Assembly (NCBI RefSeq): GCF_902459465.1
Contig: NC_047068.1
Span: 19,096,001-19,160,000, forward strand
Direction: 5' to 3'
Source of the DNA: Asterias rubens
Taxonomy: Eukaryota
Length of the DNA: 64,000 nt
Made by a program: the position numbers and the translations under genes. Shown here in pieces: positions 12,044-24,927 of this stretch. The notes under the pieces are model-generated. The model was given only the letters and a program-made list of their open reading frames with translations. It was not told where the DNA came from and did not search any database. Position 1 is the stretch's first letter; every line of letters begins with the position of its first letter.

Positions 12044-12909
12044 CTGTACAAAGATTAACAACAATAAGGTACACAAATTACATCATCTGAATCTGGGTTA
12101 TAGTTAGCATACACTGTAGCATCCCAATGGAAACATCACACCAACTTTTTGTAGAAAAGACAATGAAGAAATTTCAGTTTTAGACGTGGGAGGAAAACCC
12201 CTATAAGCCTTTTTGAGGTTTGGCTACAACACTGTAAAGTTGTGGTAAATTTGTGCATATTGACCATAGAAATAGAACGTATGTTATTCAGTGAAGTGCG
12301 CATTTTAGGCGACGCGGCGTTTACACAGAAACCTAATGACTACTAACATGGTGAGCGTGGCATCAGTCGCGGAGTGTGACTCGCGCGTATCACGTCCGCC
12401 ATACCTCAAAAAGGCTTATTGCTCTGTCACAGCCTAAGTTTTTGCCAACCATAAAACTTTAAACATGTTTGCAGTATAGTTTATTTGATGCCCATTTGAA
12501 TGTACTACATGTAGTTTACAGAATATTAATAATTATAACACACCTCTTGCTTGTTCTGTATTCTGGTTGGCTGAAACAGGGTCACATGGGATTAACTAAT
12601 ATAGTCTAGTGATCGCGCACGCGTGTTTTGCGGGAATAGTGGTCTTTGAAAATAGTGCCTGGTTACAGTGCCCTCTCTTGACTTGAAACGTGACCAGCAA
12701 CTACAAAACTTCCTTTCTTTTCCAGATTTTTGTTCTTACATTTCACATGTACATATGACTGAGGTGTGTTATAAGACATACATGTTTATTGACTGGCATA
12801 ATTCGTTAACTAGTGTCAACTATTCCCCTCGGGCCTGTGAGTGACCAGAAAAGGGGCCTACTGGTCACTCAACGTCCCTCGGAGGGGGGAATAGACGTAC
12901 ACTAGTTAC

Positions 12910-13836
12910 CAGCCCTGATACTTCGGCTTTTAAGGGGCACGGCAGTTTTGCCTTGACTTTTTGTAAAAATTTAGGGCACCAAGGCAATTTTCAAAAATTT
13001 GGAAGGGCATCACGGCAATCATAAAAAGTTGCGAAGGGCACGACGGCAGTTTGAAAAAAAACCTCCGAGTTGCCTGTAAAAAATAGTTCTTCCAATTTTT
13101 CCATTTTCTAACTGTTACCCAATGAAAAAAAGAAAGCATTCATATAATTCAACAAAATAAAGAACAACTACTTACAATACACAATAAATAATTTTTGTTC
13201 ATACGTAATCCTACTATTGGTCATGCACGTTGTGTAGTTTTTCGTAGAGACGCTAAAATTCCCACGTAACTGCTCCATTTTGACACGATGTTGACAGAAT
13301 AAATGCATGCGGTGCGCGACGCCTATGCTGTACATGATGGTACATCACATGTACCAAGCATGGGGAAACCAAGCATGGGGAAACCCACTATCCCAGCATG
13401 CAAAGACACGTCGAGTCTTTTTCTCAAGGCGTTTAGCGTTGGTTCGCGTAATTTTACCACTAGAGGGCGTTTAATCTCACGATATCGCTCTGTTCCGAAA
13501 CGCCCTCTAGCGTTCGATGTTTCGAGTATTTTTTTTGTCGCACGCAAAGAACAACGACTAACGGGCCTGAAATCTGCTGTTGTGCCTTACGTGCGTGAAA
13601 TTGGGGTATATTTCGTTGCGTGAAATTTACACAGACATCGGGACTTTTTGGCTTATTTTCGAACTTTGACAACGTTGAATATAATTTGTTTTCGGGACGA
13701 AGGGCACGGCGGCAATGATGAGAAAAGGGCACGGCAATCATTGCCGTGAAAAATTGTTTTTTTGAAGGGCATTGCGGCAATCGGTAGGGGCAACGACGGC
13801 AATTGCCGTCGTTGCCGTCGTGAAGTATCAGGGCTG
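12910..13836. mobile_element. 927-bp non-autonomous DNA transposon
   Basis: 15-bp perfect TIR CAGCCCTGATACTTC / GAAGTATCAGGGCTG, flanking direct repeat AGTTAC, subterminal CACGGCA repeats. Confidence 0.85.
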
Positions 13837-13963
13837 AGTTACCTCTTTGCCAGTCAATATGTGTATAAAGTTTATTGAATTGAATACAAGCCTATATGAT
13901 ACTGTGACTGAGTTATTTTAGAGATCCATAGTTTCCAACAATAAAGTAATAATAATTCCTTAC

Positions 13964-14077
13964 CTTGTTTACATAGATCTCCTTCGAAACCATCTTGGCA
14001 AATACAAAGAAACCCATTGAGTGTCTCTACACACACAGCCTCATTCCAACATGGGTTGGCATCACATAGTCGCACAC
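13964..14077 (-). CDS. EGF exon
   Basis: 114 nt; VRLCDANPCWNEAVCVETLNGFLCICQDGFEGDLCKQ. Confidence 0.92.
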
Positions 14078-14379
14078 CTTAGGACAAGAATGGACACAAG
14101 TTTTTACAAGTCACTCAGTGACTACTGTTTTGACAAAACACCATCATAATAATATTCGGTTTTTATATAGCGGTTTATACACTAAGTCTCAAAGCGCTTC
14201 CAACATTATTACCCTTATCACTGGGCCTGTGCCGCCAAATATGTAGCACACTAAGCTAAACCAACCACAGGAAGATACATGTATGGGCCAAATTTCATAA
14301 AGTTCAACTATTCCCTTGCCTGCAAAATATGAAATAAATAAACATAAAAACAAAACTTGTTTCATTGCCTTCTTTTGCC

Positions 14380-14600
14380 TTAGTCAAACCGTTGATGCTT
14401 TCTCTAACGTTGCACCTCGTCTATGGAATTCACTGCTGCTTGACCTCAGAAAAACAGAACAATCTTTCAATCTTCAAACAGCGGCTCAAAACTCAACTCT
14501 TCAAACGAGCTTTGAAACCTGCACTTTTTGACTTTGGAAACTAGCCCCCTTGAATGGCAATTTTTTGTCAGATATGAAGTGGTGCGCTTGAAGTGGTGTT
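14380..14600 (+). mobile_element. L2-like LINE 3' fragment
   Basis: AFSNVAPRLWNSLLLDLRK resembles the L2 ORF2 C-terminus. Confidence 0.65.
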
Positions 14601-14628
14601 TTTTATTTGTCATTATTTATATTCTTAC

Positions 14629-14742
14629 GTGCTTGGCAGACAATTCCTTCCCATTCATCAGGGCAGTCACACTCATAAGATGATCCCAAATTACGGCAAG
14701 TACCTCCATTGAGGCATGGTGTAGACATGCAGGGATCAAGTT
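14629..14742 (-). CDS. EGF exon
   Basis: 114 nt; [38 protein letters not shown]. Confidence 0.92.
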
Positions 14743-15062
14743 CTGTAGGAGGCAAGCAAGATACAGGTATTAGATAAGTAGGATTTGAAATTTTGCATGG
14801 TGGAAATAGGATATAGTAAGGTTTGCGGTAACACCATGTAATGATAATCTCTAAATGAGTTGGGGTAGTTCTGAAAAGAACTGTTGGCTTCAAGTTCATG
14901 TTTAATATGTGGCCATTTTGAATTCCTCTTTTGTATTTTGTGCATGTACTTCTGTGTGTACTCGTCTTTCTGTGATATGAAAATAAATGTTATATGAATG
15001 AATGAATGAATGAATGAATGAATGAATGAATGAACTTGACGTTCTGATATGTATCGTCAAAC

Positions 15063-15172
15063 GAGACGTCAAACTTTTCACGTACTTAATTTGGAATTTG
15101 AGACGTCAAACTTTTCATGTACTTAATTTGGAATTTGAGACGTCAATTTTTTCATGTACTTAATTTAGAATT
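15063..15172. repeat. 37-bp tandem repeat x3 (a (GAAT)n microsatellite lies just upstream, ~14995-15033)
   Basis: GAGACGTCAAACTTTTCAYGTACTTAATTTGGAATTT at 15063, 15100 and 15137. Confidence 0.9.
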
Positions 15173-15320
15173 TGTTATGGCGCGACTCTGGAGTTCCTGT
15201 CTGAAATGGGTGTAAGTTAATCCTAAAGGTGACATTGGGCTTTGGAAATGCCCCGCCCACCAGCACCAATCCAACGTCAATTGTCAATATAAACCTGTTG
15301 TTGGGCTGATGTCAGTGTGT

Positions 15321-15475
15321 TAAGCCCAGGTCATACTTTCCTGCGAATGCAAAGCAAATTTTGACATCACATGGCGGTTTTGGCAGCGAAGGTTTCGCAG
15401 GAGTAGAGCAAAAGTCAACTGATGTGACTTATTTGCTGCGAGTTTGTGGCGTCAGGAAGTATGAACCGAGGCTTA
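15321..15475. mobile_element. MITE (AAGCC...GGCTT family; fragments also near 4660, 16310 and 27050)
   Basis: Imperfect TIR TAAGCCCAGGTCATACTTTCCTG / CAGGAAGTATGAACCGAGGCTTA. Confidence 0.7.
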
Positions 15476-15807
15476 CCTGGGACTGTGTCATGAAGCGAAG
15501 CATTGACTATAGTCCTGTTGACATTGTATGTTTAATTTGATATGTGGTTCTTAATAATGTTCTTTCAATTAATGTGTTTTTTTATATGTATTCACTTGTA
15601 TATAATTGCTGTGGTTTGACTCATTTTTACATATCTGCTTTGTCATTTTGTCAAATAATCTTTATATTTTTAAATCATTGTATAGTGTATATTTCCCCCC
15701 ATAACTCTTAATGTTTTTATATGGAGCTGATCAACTCATGTAATTGCTTTTTAAGGATGATTAAAGTTTTTTGAATTGAATTGAACTTTATTGAATAAGA
15801 AGCTTAC

Positions 15808-15921
15808 CTTGTTCACAGTTATTGCCAATGTGACTTGCAGGACAAGTGCACGTGTAGAAATTGAAGAACTCATTGCATGTTCCTCCGTTCTGACATGGAA
15901 GGGAAAGACACGCCAACATCT
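15808..15921 (-). CDS. EGF exon
   Basis: 114 nt; EMLACLSLPCQNGGTCNEFFNFYTCTCPASHIGNNCEQ. Confidence 0.92.
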
Positions 15922-16412
15922 CTGAAAAGTTAAATCAAATTTAGTGTCAGTTCAAAAACAGATACTGCATTATAACAATAATATAATGATAATAATAACA
16001 ATAATAATAAGACTTGTAATGAGCACATATCCATTTATAACTGATAGATTCATGTGTTAGTTCATCGGGTAACATTGACAAATATAGAACAATAACCTAC
16101 TTGTTTATTTGAAACCAACCTTAAGTCTTAGAATGTACATGTATGTAATAAAGTGTGTACAAATGGCCTCTGAACTTGAAGTGGTTAAAGGCACTGGAGT
16201 GGATTTCACAAAGAGTTAAGACTAGTCTTATCTCGACGTCACAACTCTGTTTTCACTGCAATATTCACAAGAGACTTAAGATCAACCCAACTGGTGCGAA
16301 TTAGTCGTTGCGAATTTGTGATGTCAACATTCGTATCGCATTCGCTTTCGCAAGAAAGTATGAACCGGGCTTTACTCTTGTGGCCTCATTAAGCGGTATT
16401 TTTTCTATTTAC

Positions 16413-16526
16413 CTGTTTCACAATTGGCACCAGTCCATCCAGATGCGCATTGACACACGTAGCGTGTAACAAGGTTGATACATGTAGCACCATTCAGACA
16501 TAGATTAGGCTCACAAGCATCTAACA
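16413..16526 (-). CDS. EGF exon
   Basis: 114 nt; VLDACEPNLCLNGATCINLVTRYVCQCASGWTGANCET; alternative in-frame AG would start the exon at 16520. Confidence 0.88.
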
Positions 16527-18044
16527 CTTTGGGTTCAAACAGAGGAATATTAATATGAATATTGGTATTCTGCAACAAAGTACACATACGCATCCAATAT
16601 AGTGAGTCAAAAAGAAGTGAAAAGGGATTCGTGATGTTTTAAAAACAAACAATTGACACTTAAAAGTTCAGTAAAGCACATATGTAACAAGCACTCTCTC
16701 CTGCTTATTAGAAGAAAAGAATGAAAGAAATTTATCATTTCTAAGAGGAGTTATGTCCATTTTAATTAAGGTACATGTACTCATTTTGCAAGCTGTCCAC
16801 GGAATACTTGACAAAACAAAAATAAAGTAAGCATTTTAGCTGTGTACATTCAGTCAAACCCTAACATTCCATAAACAGCTACAAACATGAGTGCCTTAAG
16901 TAAAACAGGCATAACTTCTCTTAGAAATGATCAATTTGTTTCAATCTTTTTTTTCAGAAAAGCAGGAAAGAATGCTCGTTTAATATGGGCTTCACTGGGG
17001 TTTTGAGTGTCATTTGCTGTTTTGTTTTTAAACCATACATCTTGGTCAACTACTTTTTGACTCACACTGTATAGTAGGATTAACTGTGATGGGGTGGGTG
17101 GGATGTGCATGGTAGTGTGGTAGTGGGAGAGGAAAGCCGTATGTAGAATCAAACCTTGGATTCACAACTAAATCTTTGAGTGCCAGCTTTTTTGTGGGTG
17201 TGTTTTGAACCCTAACTGCCCAGTTTTTTTTTACTTTATTGAAATACTGTATTCAAAGAATTTAATAAGTTTTTCTAAACAAACAAAATGTATCTTAGGT
17301 AGGATTTGAAACTTTGCATTGTGGAAATACGATTTAGTAAAGGTTTGCGTTAACACCATGTAATGATAATCTCTGAATGAGTAGTAAATGAGGGGTACAT
17401 GTAGTTCTGAAAAGAACTGTTGGTTTCAACTCAACGTTAAGATAAATGTTTCTTTCTGATTTGTGTTGCCTTCGTACATCCCAAAGCAAAGTCAATAGTT
17501 TATCTTGAAAATTTCTTTCACCCCATGATTGATGAAGCTTTTTGAGTCCATAAAATAGATCTTACATATACGACTTTGGCACTTCAAGTTACATGAAATA
17601 GATTAAACAAGTATTGGGTTGGCAATGAAGAAGTTAAACAGGGCAAGACTCACATGACAAGTGTCTATGCCTAGAAATTTGATGACGACTATAAGTAGAC
17701 GTATTTTAACACCAATCATTCAACATTTTAGTTTAGTTGAAGTTGTTCATCGTCATCATGTTCATGATGCTCCTTGCAACAAAAAAAAATTCATTATACT
17801 AAATGAGCACCAGGCAATGAGTCATTGCGAGATATGTACAATGACTGTCTGGTACATTGACTCGCTGAGTCATAAGTGACTAATAACGCCCTCAGACTTG
17901 AGTCAATTGTATGTCACGTTGTTCAGGGCAAGCTCTCACAATTTAGTCACAATTTAGTTTACAGAGAGTAATCAAGATCAATAAACTGTGGCGTCTGAAT
18001 ATAATCGTCAAAAAGAACTGGCATAGTAAAGATTGGTTGATTAC

Positions 18045-18158
18045 CCTGATCACAGTTAGCACCAGTCCATCCTGCTAAGCATGTACATTGGTAGGATACC
18101 AGTAGGTTGGTACACACAGCACCATTCTGACATGGATTGGGTATACACATGTCAATTT
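18045..18158 (-). CDS. EGF exon
   Basis: 114 nt; EIDMCIPNPCQNGAVCTNLLVSYQCTCLAGWTGANCDQ. Confidence 0.92.
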
Positions 18159-18557
18159 CTGTTTGATAGATAAATGTGGGTAAACAGGTTACAAATAATA
18201 GAGCAATATCCCAATGGGTTTATTAGCTTTGGGTTGAGTCAATAGCCCTACAATGACAAGCAGCAATATACAGACCTGGAATTACACAGAAGCTACAGAG
18301 GCCATGGACTTGGTTGTCCAGGGCCCAATTTCATAGAGCTGCTAAGCACAACATTTTGCTTAGCATGAAATTTCTTCCTTGATCAAAACAGGATTACTAA
18401 CCAAATTTCCATTTGTTGCATATTGCTTGTTACTGGTATGCAGCTGTTGTTTGATTATCCTGAACATCACGTGGAAATTGAATTGGTAATCCTGTTTTCA
18501 TCAAGGAAGAAATTTCATGCTAAGCATATTTGTGTGCTTAGCAGCTTGGCCTTGCCC

Positions 18558-18868
18558 TTAAGCCCTTTTCACACTGTATCTCTTATTCCCGGTGAATACA
18601 GCCCTTGGGAGGCCCCGGATTGTGTTTTTACCTCACGGTCACCCCGGCGGCTGTCTACCAAAATGGCGCAGCCAAGATTATTCTGATGATGACGCCAGGT
18701 GAATTGGGTAAATTCCAAGGGGTTCCAGTTTTCTGTTTCAAAACTAACCCAGGGTTTTACAGCTTACCCCTATTCCAAAGCAGGGGTGGATTTTCCAAAC
18801 GATATGCCCATTTGTCGGGCAGACCGGGGGAAAACCAGGGGTAAAGCAATCATAGTGTGAAAAGGCCA
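18558..18868. mobile_element. MITE
   Basis: Imperfect TIR AAGCCCTTTTCACACT / AGTGTGAAAAGGCC. Confidence 0.65.
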
Positions 18869-19299
18869 GTAGTTTTCAACCCCAGGGAAAAGAGTAGGTG
18901 AGAAGGGCTATAGACTTTAAGATTTCCAATGGAAGATCCCCTTTGCAAAAAAAAATGGCCCTCCTTCTCAAAGATGAAATTCCAGGTCTGAATATGATAA
19001 AGGCAGCCAAAAATTAATAATCTGAAAAAATAAGTTTTAACTCATAAACTCTTGTAAAGGTAAAGCACAATGTAAACTTGCAGATCAGCTGAAATCAAAA
19101 ACCAATTTAAAAATTAGTCATGTATTAAGCAAATAGTTTGTTAAGTGTGGACTGTACATGATAACAAAAAACTGTAAAAAGAAGCATTTTGCGGAAATGG
19201 CCAGCGTGTAGTCATCTTCAGGAGAAAGGTGAACAATTTGAGTGATAATTTTGCATAGGTTACCTTGGTTGTCTGGGAATAGTTTGAGGTTATTCCAAA

Positions 19300-19650
19300 C
19301 TGGGTCAAGAGGTGTACAAATGTAATTGTGGTCGGACCAAAACCTGTTGGCCAACCACGCAAGAGGTGGCAGAGCTCCATGTCGAATAACATGGAACTGT
19401 TTGGAGTCAATGCAAGTGACGCGTCTCAAGGAACCAAACTCAATCAAGCTTCTTAAGTCTGCTTCAAGACGCACCTTCTCTCATTTTTCTCCCTACAACT
19501 GGAATATACTCACCACCTCAATCAGGAAATCTGACTCTCTAGGAAAATTCAAGAAGTGTATCAAACATTATCTATACCCAACCTAATGCGCTGCGTTCTT
19601 GACTTAGTGGCGCTTTACAAATGCCTTATATGTATGTATGTATGTATGTT
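19300..19650 (+). mobile_element. Adjacent RTE-like and L2-like LINE 3' fragments
   Basis: VVGPKPVGQPRKRWQSSMSNNM (RTE-like GRP..RW motif), then RRTFSHFSPYNWNILTTSIRKSDSLGKFKKCIKHYL and a (TATG)n tail. Confidence 0.6.
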
Positions 19651-19774
19651 TGTAAGGGACGCCAAGGCACGCAAGGGAGAAAGCAGGTCAACCGAGAACA
19701 GACTGGACAAGGGCCTTTAAATTGACATGATGATGATGAATGAAGCCAATAGATTAAGATGCAATAGTGATTAC

Positions 19775-19888
19775 CTCCTTGGCAGAGAGTGCCAGTATAA
19801 CCAGGAGCGCAGGTACACTCATAGCGATCAGTCATATCCAAACAAGTTGCACCATTCATACAAGGGTTGCTCTCACATCCTCTGTACT
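19775..19888 (-). CDS. EGF exon
   Basis: 114 nt; [38 protein letters not shown]. Confidence 0.92.
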
Positions 19889-20004
19889 CTGAAAGTAAAC
19901 AATAGAAGACAACAGTTATGTTTTGTGCTTGTCTTGTTGTGGTCGAATAAATAATAACAATAATATTAATAATTCTTCATCTTTGACACAAACTATTACA
20001 TTAG

Positions 20005-20260
20005 TCACCGGAGTGTGGGTTCGAATCCCGGTCGTGACACTTGTGGTCCTTGAGCAAGATTCTTAACAATAACTGCTTCTCTTCACCCAGGGGTATAAAT
20101 GGGTACCTGCGTCAGTAGAGGTTGACGTTGTGTATGAAAAAGCCTTTGGAGCGACAGCTCGGGGCTGTATACTCCCTAGGGAGCTGAGAAAGATTAAAGG
20201 GATGTAACTGGCCCAAAGACCAGGGCACATTGATGCGGTTATTGTGAATAGCACTATATA
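20005..20260 (+). mobile_element. tRNA-derived SINE with MIR/CORE-like central motif
   Basis: GGGTTCGAATCCC B-box; GACACTTGTGGTCCTTGAGCAAG...TTAAC...CACCCAGGGGTATAAATGGGTACC. Confidence 0.75.
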
Positions 20261-20309
20261 AGAATTTGTTGTTTTACTATTATTATTATTAGATAGATAG
20301 ATACATGTA

Positions 20310-20652
20310 TAAGGCCAGATGACCATTTCAAGGTGAAGGCTATGCTTAGCTGGTTTAGGCTGTTGACCCAAATCAACTGCCACCAGGGGCACATCAACAC
20401 ATACTCCTTGGCTGAAACAGGAACACCCCCTTCACAGTCCGTAAGGATGTAGGCATAGGCATTATCTACAATAAGTCTGGCTGCATGGTAGAGCAGAATA
20501 CACTACTTCCCTGTCTTTTATCGAAGCAATAATGGTTAAGTGGCTTGCTCAATGCCACAAGTTTCATGACCAGGATTTGAACCCACAATCTGCTGCTGAC
20601 AACACCAAAACTTAAGTCTGATGCACTATAAACGATGTGGCAACAACACGCC
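20310..20652 (-). mobile_element. SINE (same family as 1390-2310)
   Basis: tRNA-like head plus a single 143-bp-type tail unit. Confidence 0.7.
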
Positions 20653-20692
20653 AAAATAAATTCACAGAAGTATTTTTAAAGTGAAAACCTAC

Positions 20693-20806
20693 CTTGACAG
20701 TTAGCGCCGAAGTAGCCCGATGCGCAAATACATTCATAGAAGTCAAAAAAGTTGACACATGTTGCTCCATTCAGACATGGCGTAGATAAACAGACATCGG
20801 CACGAG
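20693..20806 (-). CDS. EGF exon
   Basis: 114 nt; [37 protein letters not shown]. Confidence 0.92.
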
Positions 20807-21231
20807 CTGCAGACAAAACAATATGACAATATTTAACCATCTTATGCACTTGCACTTTAAGTAAACCATTTGTTGAATCTTTCAATTTTTTGTACTTTTT
20901 TATTTGTCTTCTTCTCATTTATGCACTGAACTAACTTATTTATAACTAGCAGAATGCATTGATATAATAATATACATGTATGTCTGTGAGAGGCAAGTGT
21001 TTTTTAGATTAGTATGGTCGACTAAGTTTCTTGGATTAACACGCCATCTTGAATTTAGTTTTTTTTCCCCATATACACCGATGTATTTAAGCAGTGCTAA
21101 CACACATCAGTGTATATGGGTAACAAAATTCTTTATTCCCAATGCAAATTTAAGCAGTGCTATATCTTAAGCAGGCCAACCAAGAACAGACTGTACAACA
21201 GCCTTAAAACCGACATGATGATGATACTTAC

Positions 21232-21345
21232 CTATGGTGCAGAATTGCCCTTCCCAAGGTGTGGCACAATTGCATTGGAACCCACTGGGTTCATCTACAC
21301 AAGTAGCTCCATTCTCACATGGATTACTGGCACAGTTTACTGTAG
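21232..21345 (-). CDS. EGF exon
   Basis: 114 nt; TVNCASNPCENGATCVDEPSGFQCNCATPWEGQFCTI. Confidence 0.92.
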
Positions 21346-21886
21346 CTAGAAAACAACAAAACATAACTAGCAGTGTTAAAATCACTTATTTTTATTCGGA
21401 TAAAATTAATACATGTAATGGTTACATGAAATTGCTTGTAATATTCATGTTTTTTTTTTTAACATTCAATTTAGTTGCCATAGGCAAAACTACATTGAAT
21501 TTACAAAATATATATTTAAAACATAAATATTACAGAGAAAAATTGGGTTTGACATTAAAAAACAGGGGCGGAAAAAGCACACAGGAATTCAACTTAAAAA
21601 TGACAAAAATCGAACGTAAAATGGGAGACAAAACATTTTGCGTGGCAGCAGGTTAAAACAGCGCTCTCTTTTTGTTATGTGACATACGTACATATTTCAC
21701 AGAAGATTCCAGTAAATTGAGCCGGACATTCACATCGATACCCTCCTTCTATAGAGAAACATGCAGCCCCATTCAAGCATCCATTACCATCGCAGTTGTT
21801 GATTACTGAAACAAAAAAATAACACTCAATTATTTATCAGATTTTAAGTAGGATTTTCAAACTTTTGTATGGTGGAAATATAAATA

Positions 21887-22415
21887 CAACCTTGTGATTG
21901 CAAGTCCTGCAGTCTAACCACTAGACCAAGGTTAGCTTGGTAGGATTCGAACCCACAACCTTGTGATTGCAAGTCCTGCAGTCTAACCACTAGACCTAGG
22001 TTAGCTTGGTAGGATTCAAACCCACAACCTTGTGATTGCAAGACCGGGAGTCTAACCACTGGACCGCAGTTAGCTTGGTAGGATTCGAACCCACATTCTT
22101 GTGATTGCAAGTCCTGCAGTCTTACCACTAGACCTAGGTTAGCTTGGTAGGATTCGAACCCACAACCTTGTGTCTGCAAGTCCTGCAGTCTAACCACTAG
22201 ACCATGGTTAGCTTGGTAGGATTCGAACCCACAACCTCGTGTCAGCAAGTCCTGCAGTCTTACCACTAGACCATGGTTAGCTTGGTAGGATTCGAACCCA
22301 CAACCTCGTGTCTGCAAGTCCTGCAGTCTAACCACTAGACCATGGTTAGCTTGGTAGGATTCGAACCCACAACCTCGTGTCTGCAAGTCCTGCAGTCTAA
22401 CCACTAGACCATGGT
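21887..22415 (-). repeat. Tandem array of 69-bp tRNA-like heads, ~7.7 copies
   Basis: Period 69 (21887, 21956 and onward); each unit has TGGTCTAGTGG A-box and GGTTCGAATCC B-box. Confidence 0.92.
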
Positions 22416-22423
22416 GACCTTAC

Positions 22424-22537
22424 CTGATTGACAGTTGACTCCTTGGTAGCCTTGCGGACACTGGCAAACATATGCAGCACCAGCCTCAGTACATGTAGCT
22501 CCATTCAAACATGGGTTACTCAAACATCCAATGTGGA
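22424..22537 (-). CDS. EGF exon
   Basis: 114 nt; [37 protein letters not shown]. Confidence 0.92.
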
Positions 22538-23336
22538 CTGAAACAACAATGGTTCAAAGAGTTATCTTTCATTTAAAGGCAAGTTATTCCCAACATCCAC
22601 ATAAAATGATAGTTGCACTGGGTTCTTTTATATTACACAGCACACAGGGCCTACGACCTTATGTACATACCATCCGAAAAATAATGGTTATAAGTGTCTT
22701 GTTTAAGGACAGAAGTGTCACGTCCAGTACTCGAACCCACACTCTGCTGATCAGAAACAAGCTTGTTTTACATGTACCTCGGAACAAATAGTGAAGTTTC
22801 ATTGGTCAAGAACCAATCACGTGATGTGATACAAAATCGCATGTGCCATGGCTAAGTGCGTGCTTTGCATAACGCACAACACAGAGTAACACAAGTTTTG
22901 TTTACCAGTGCACTATACCTTGATCGTTTCCATCGTTGGTCGATTTATAGCGCTTTTTACGAAACAGTAGCGGGTTCGAGGGAACAGTGAAGAATTGTTT
23001 CTTATTTCTTATAACTGTTTATCTGCTTATTAAACCACTGCATACTCTGCTGTAATAATGTTTGAAGATGACAATAGAACTTTGAGAAGAGGAATAATAA
23101 TGTCGACCAAGGTATAACCAAAACAATTGTTGCATGCTGTGATGGGGATCAATGGGTGCAAATGCCACCCCCCCCCCCCTGCCCCTTGCTTCGCCTCGGT
23201 TGCCATTTTCCCCCCATGGGTTTACAAAACACCATGAGTGCCGTCACAGCGTGAAACAGTTGTATATTGAGTCCAGTGCCTTTAACCGCTAGGCCACAAA
23301 GCTATTAGTTATTATAGTTTGTAGACTAATGCTTAC

Positions 23337-23450
23337 CTTCACAATGAAGCCCAGTGAAACCTGTCAAACAGCTACATGTGTAAAACTCAAAGAAGTTATT
23401 ACAAACTGCACCGTTGAGACATGGATTGGAGGCACAAAGATCAGTACGTG
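23337..23450 (-). CDS. EGF exon
   Basis: 114 nt; [37 protein letters not shown]. Confidence 0.92.
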
Positions 23451-24606
23451 CTGTAACATTCAAACACAGTGAAAGCACATTTCATTACTCACAAGTATAA
23501 TGACAGTGTTCCTCAACACAATGACGTGTATCAGGTTTTTTTAGCCTTTGAGAAAGACTCACTTGGGTTGAAACGTCAGGCCATTTACAAATTTGTTTGA
23601 CTGTATTTTTATTTCATATAAAACACTTGCTGTGAGCATGTTTCTTTCATCAAAATGGCTTCTACCATTCCAAATGCACAAACCCATCCTTTGTGCTTTC
23701 AATGGATAATAGTGCAAGAAAGAATGTTACAAAATTTGCACTAACAGGCTGGACCACCGAGGCCAGTGATTAAACTCAGGACAGGACTAGTCCTTGGTCT
23801 TGTTTTTTTCAATTCAACATCATTGTCTCAAAGGAATGATGTTCAAATGTTGAGATTGATTTTCACAAATATCTTTCAATCCTGCTGAGTACCAAATGTT
23901 TGATCAAATAGAACAGTTTAGGTGATAAAACTTAGACTCTTTCTAGACTCTTTTCATTTTGATTCTGGTTTTATAAATAAAATCCCGTTCCAGTATCGAT
24001 TCTGCCCTGATGAAGATAATAGAGTAGAGTAGACTCTAGGGCAGCGCGCATACACCTGCAGCGCGAATAAGCGTGCATTTCCATCTCTTGTGGGGGGACA
24101 AAACATGCACAAAATGATATGGTACACATGTTTATGCAGCAATGCACACGTGTATACCATCCTTTTGTGCATGTTTTGACCCCCCAAAATGGCATGTGTA
24201 TGGGCACTGCGCGTGTGCTATGGGTCTATATGAAGACTCAGAATCAGTCAGTATGAGTTAGTCATACAGAAGTGAAGTACACAGTTCTTTTGGATCAATG
24301 GGTATACACGTAGTAGTAGGATATAATATTAGAGATAAATACATAGTATACATTTTAACATAAAATACATCACGTTGTCGTGTGCCTGAAAAAAGATGAA
24401 ACAGAAGTGTGATCCAAAGTTTGTAATCCCCGTTTGTTAGTCAGAATATGGACTGTGTATTTTGTTTAAAAAAAATAACAACAAAGGATTACTCCTGTGG
24501 AATAGTCAGAACAGCTCACTGCAGTCTCTTAGATTAAGTCGGTCAATCCTGTTGCCGAAAAACAATCTACAACCAGTACAGAAACGGTTAGTGTTTTATA
24601 AACTGA

Positions 24607-24927
24607 TAAAGGCACTGGACACCTTTGGTAATTGTCAAAGACCAGTCTTCTTACTTGGTGTATCTCAATACAAGTTGTGAGATAACTATGAAAGAAAAAA
24701 CACCCTTGCTTGGTTTCGGGACCTCAAAATCTAATTCTGAGGTATCAAAATCAAATTCAAATATTTAAGTGGAAAGTTACTTCTTTCTTCGAAAACTGCA
24801 TTACTTCAAAGAAAGACGTTTCTCACAATGTGTTTTACTATCAAAAGCTCTCCATTGCTGGTCACCATGTAAAGTTTTATGCTAATATCTATTTTGAGTA
24901 GTTACCAATAGTGTCCAGTGTCTTTAA
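24607..24927. mobile_element. MITE with (T)TAA-flanked ends (Kolobok-like)
   Basis: TAAAGGCACTGGACAC...GTGTCCAGTGTCTTTAA; related to 41453-41839. Confidence 0.75.

Noticed and set aside
21844-22404. 186-aa repetitive ORF (MVRLQDLQ...), and similar ORFs at 5868-6156; also a CRISPR-like look
   Set aside because: These are translations of a 69-bp tandem tRNA-like repeat. There are no unique spacers and no cas genes, and the context is eukaryotic.
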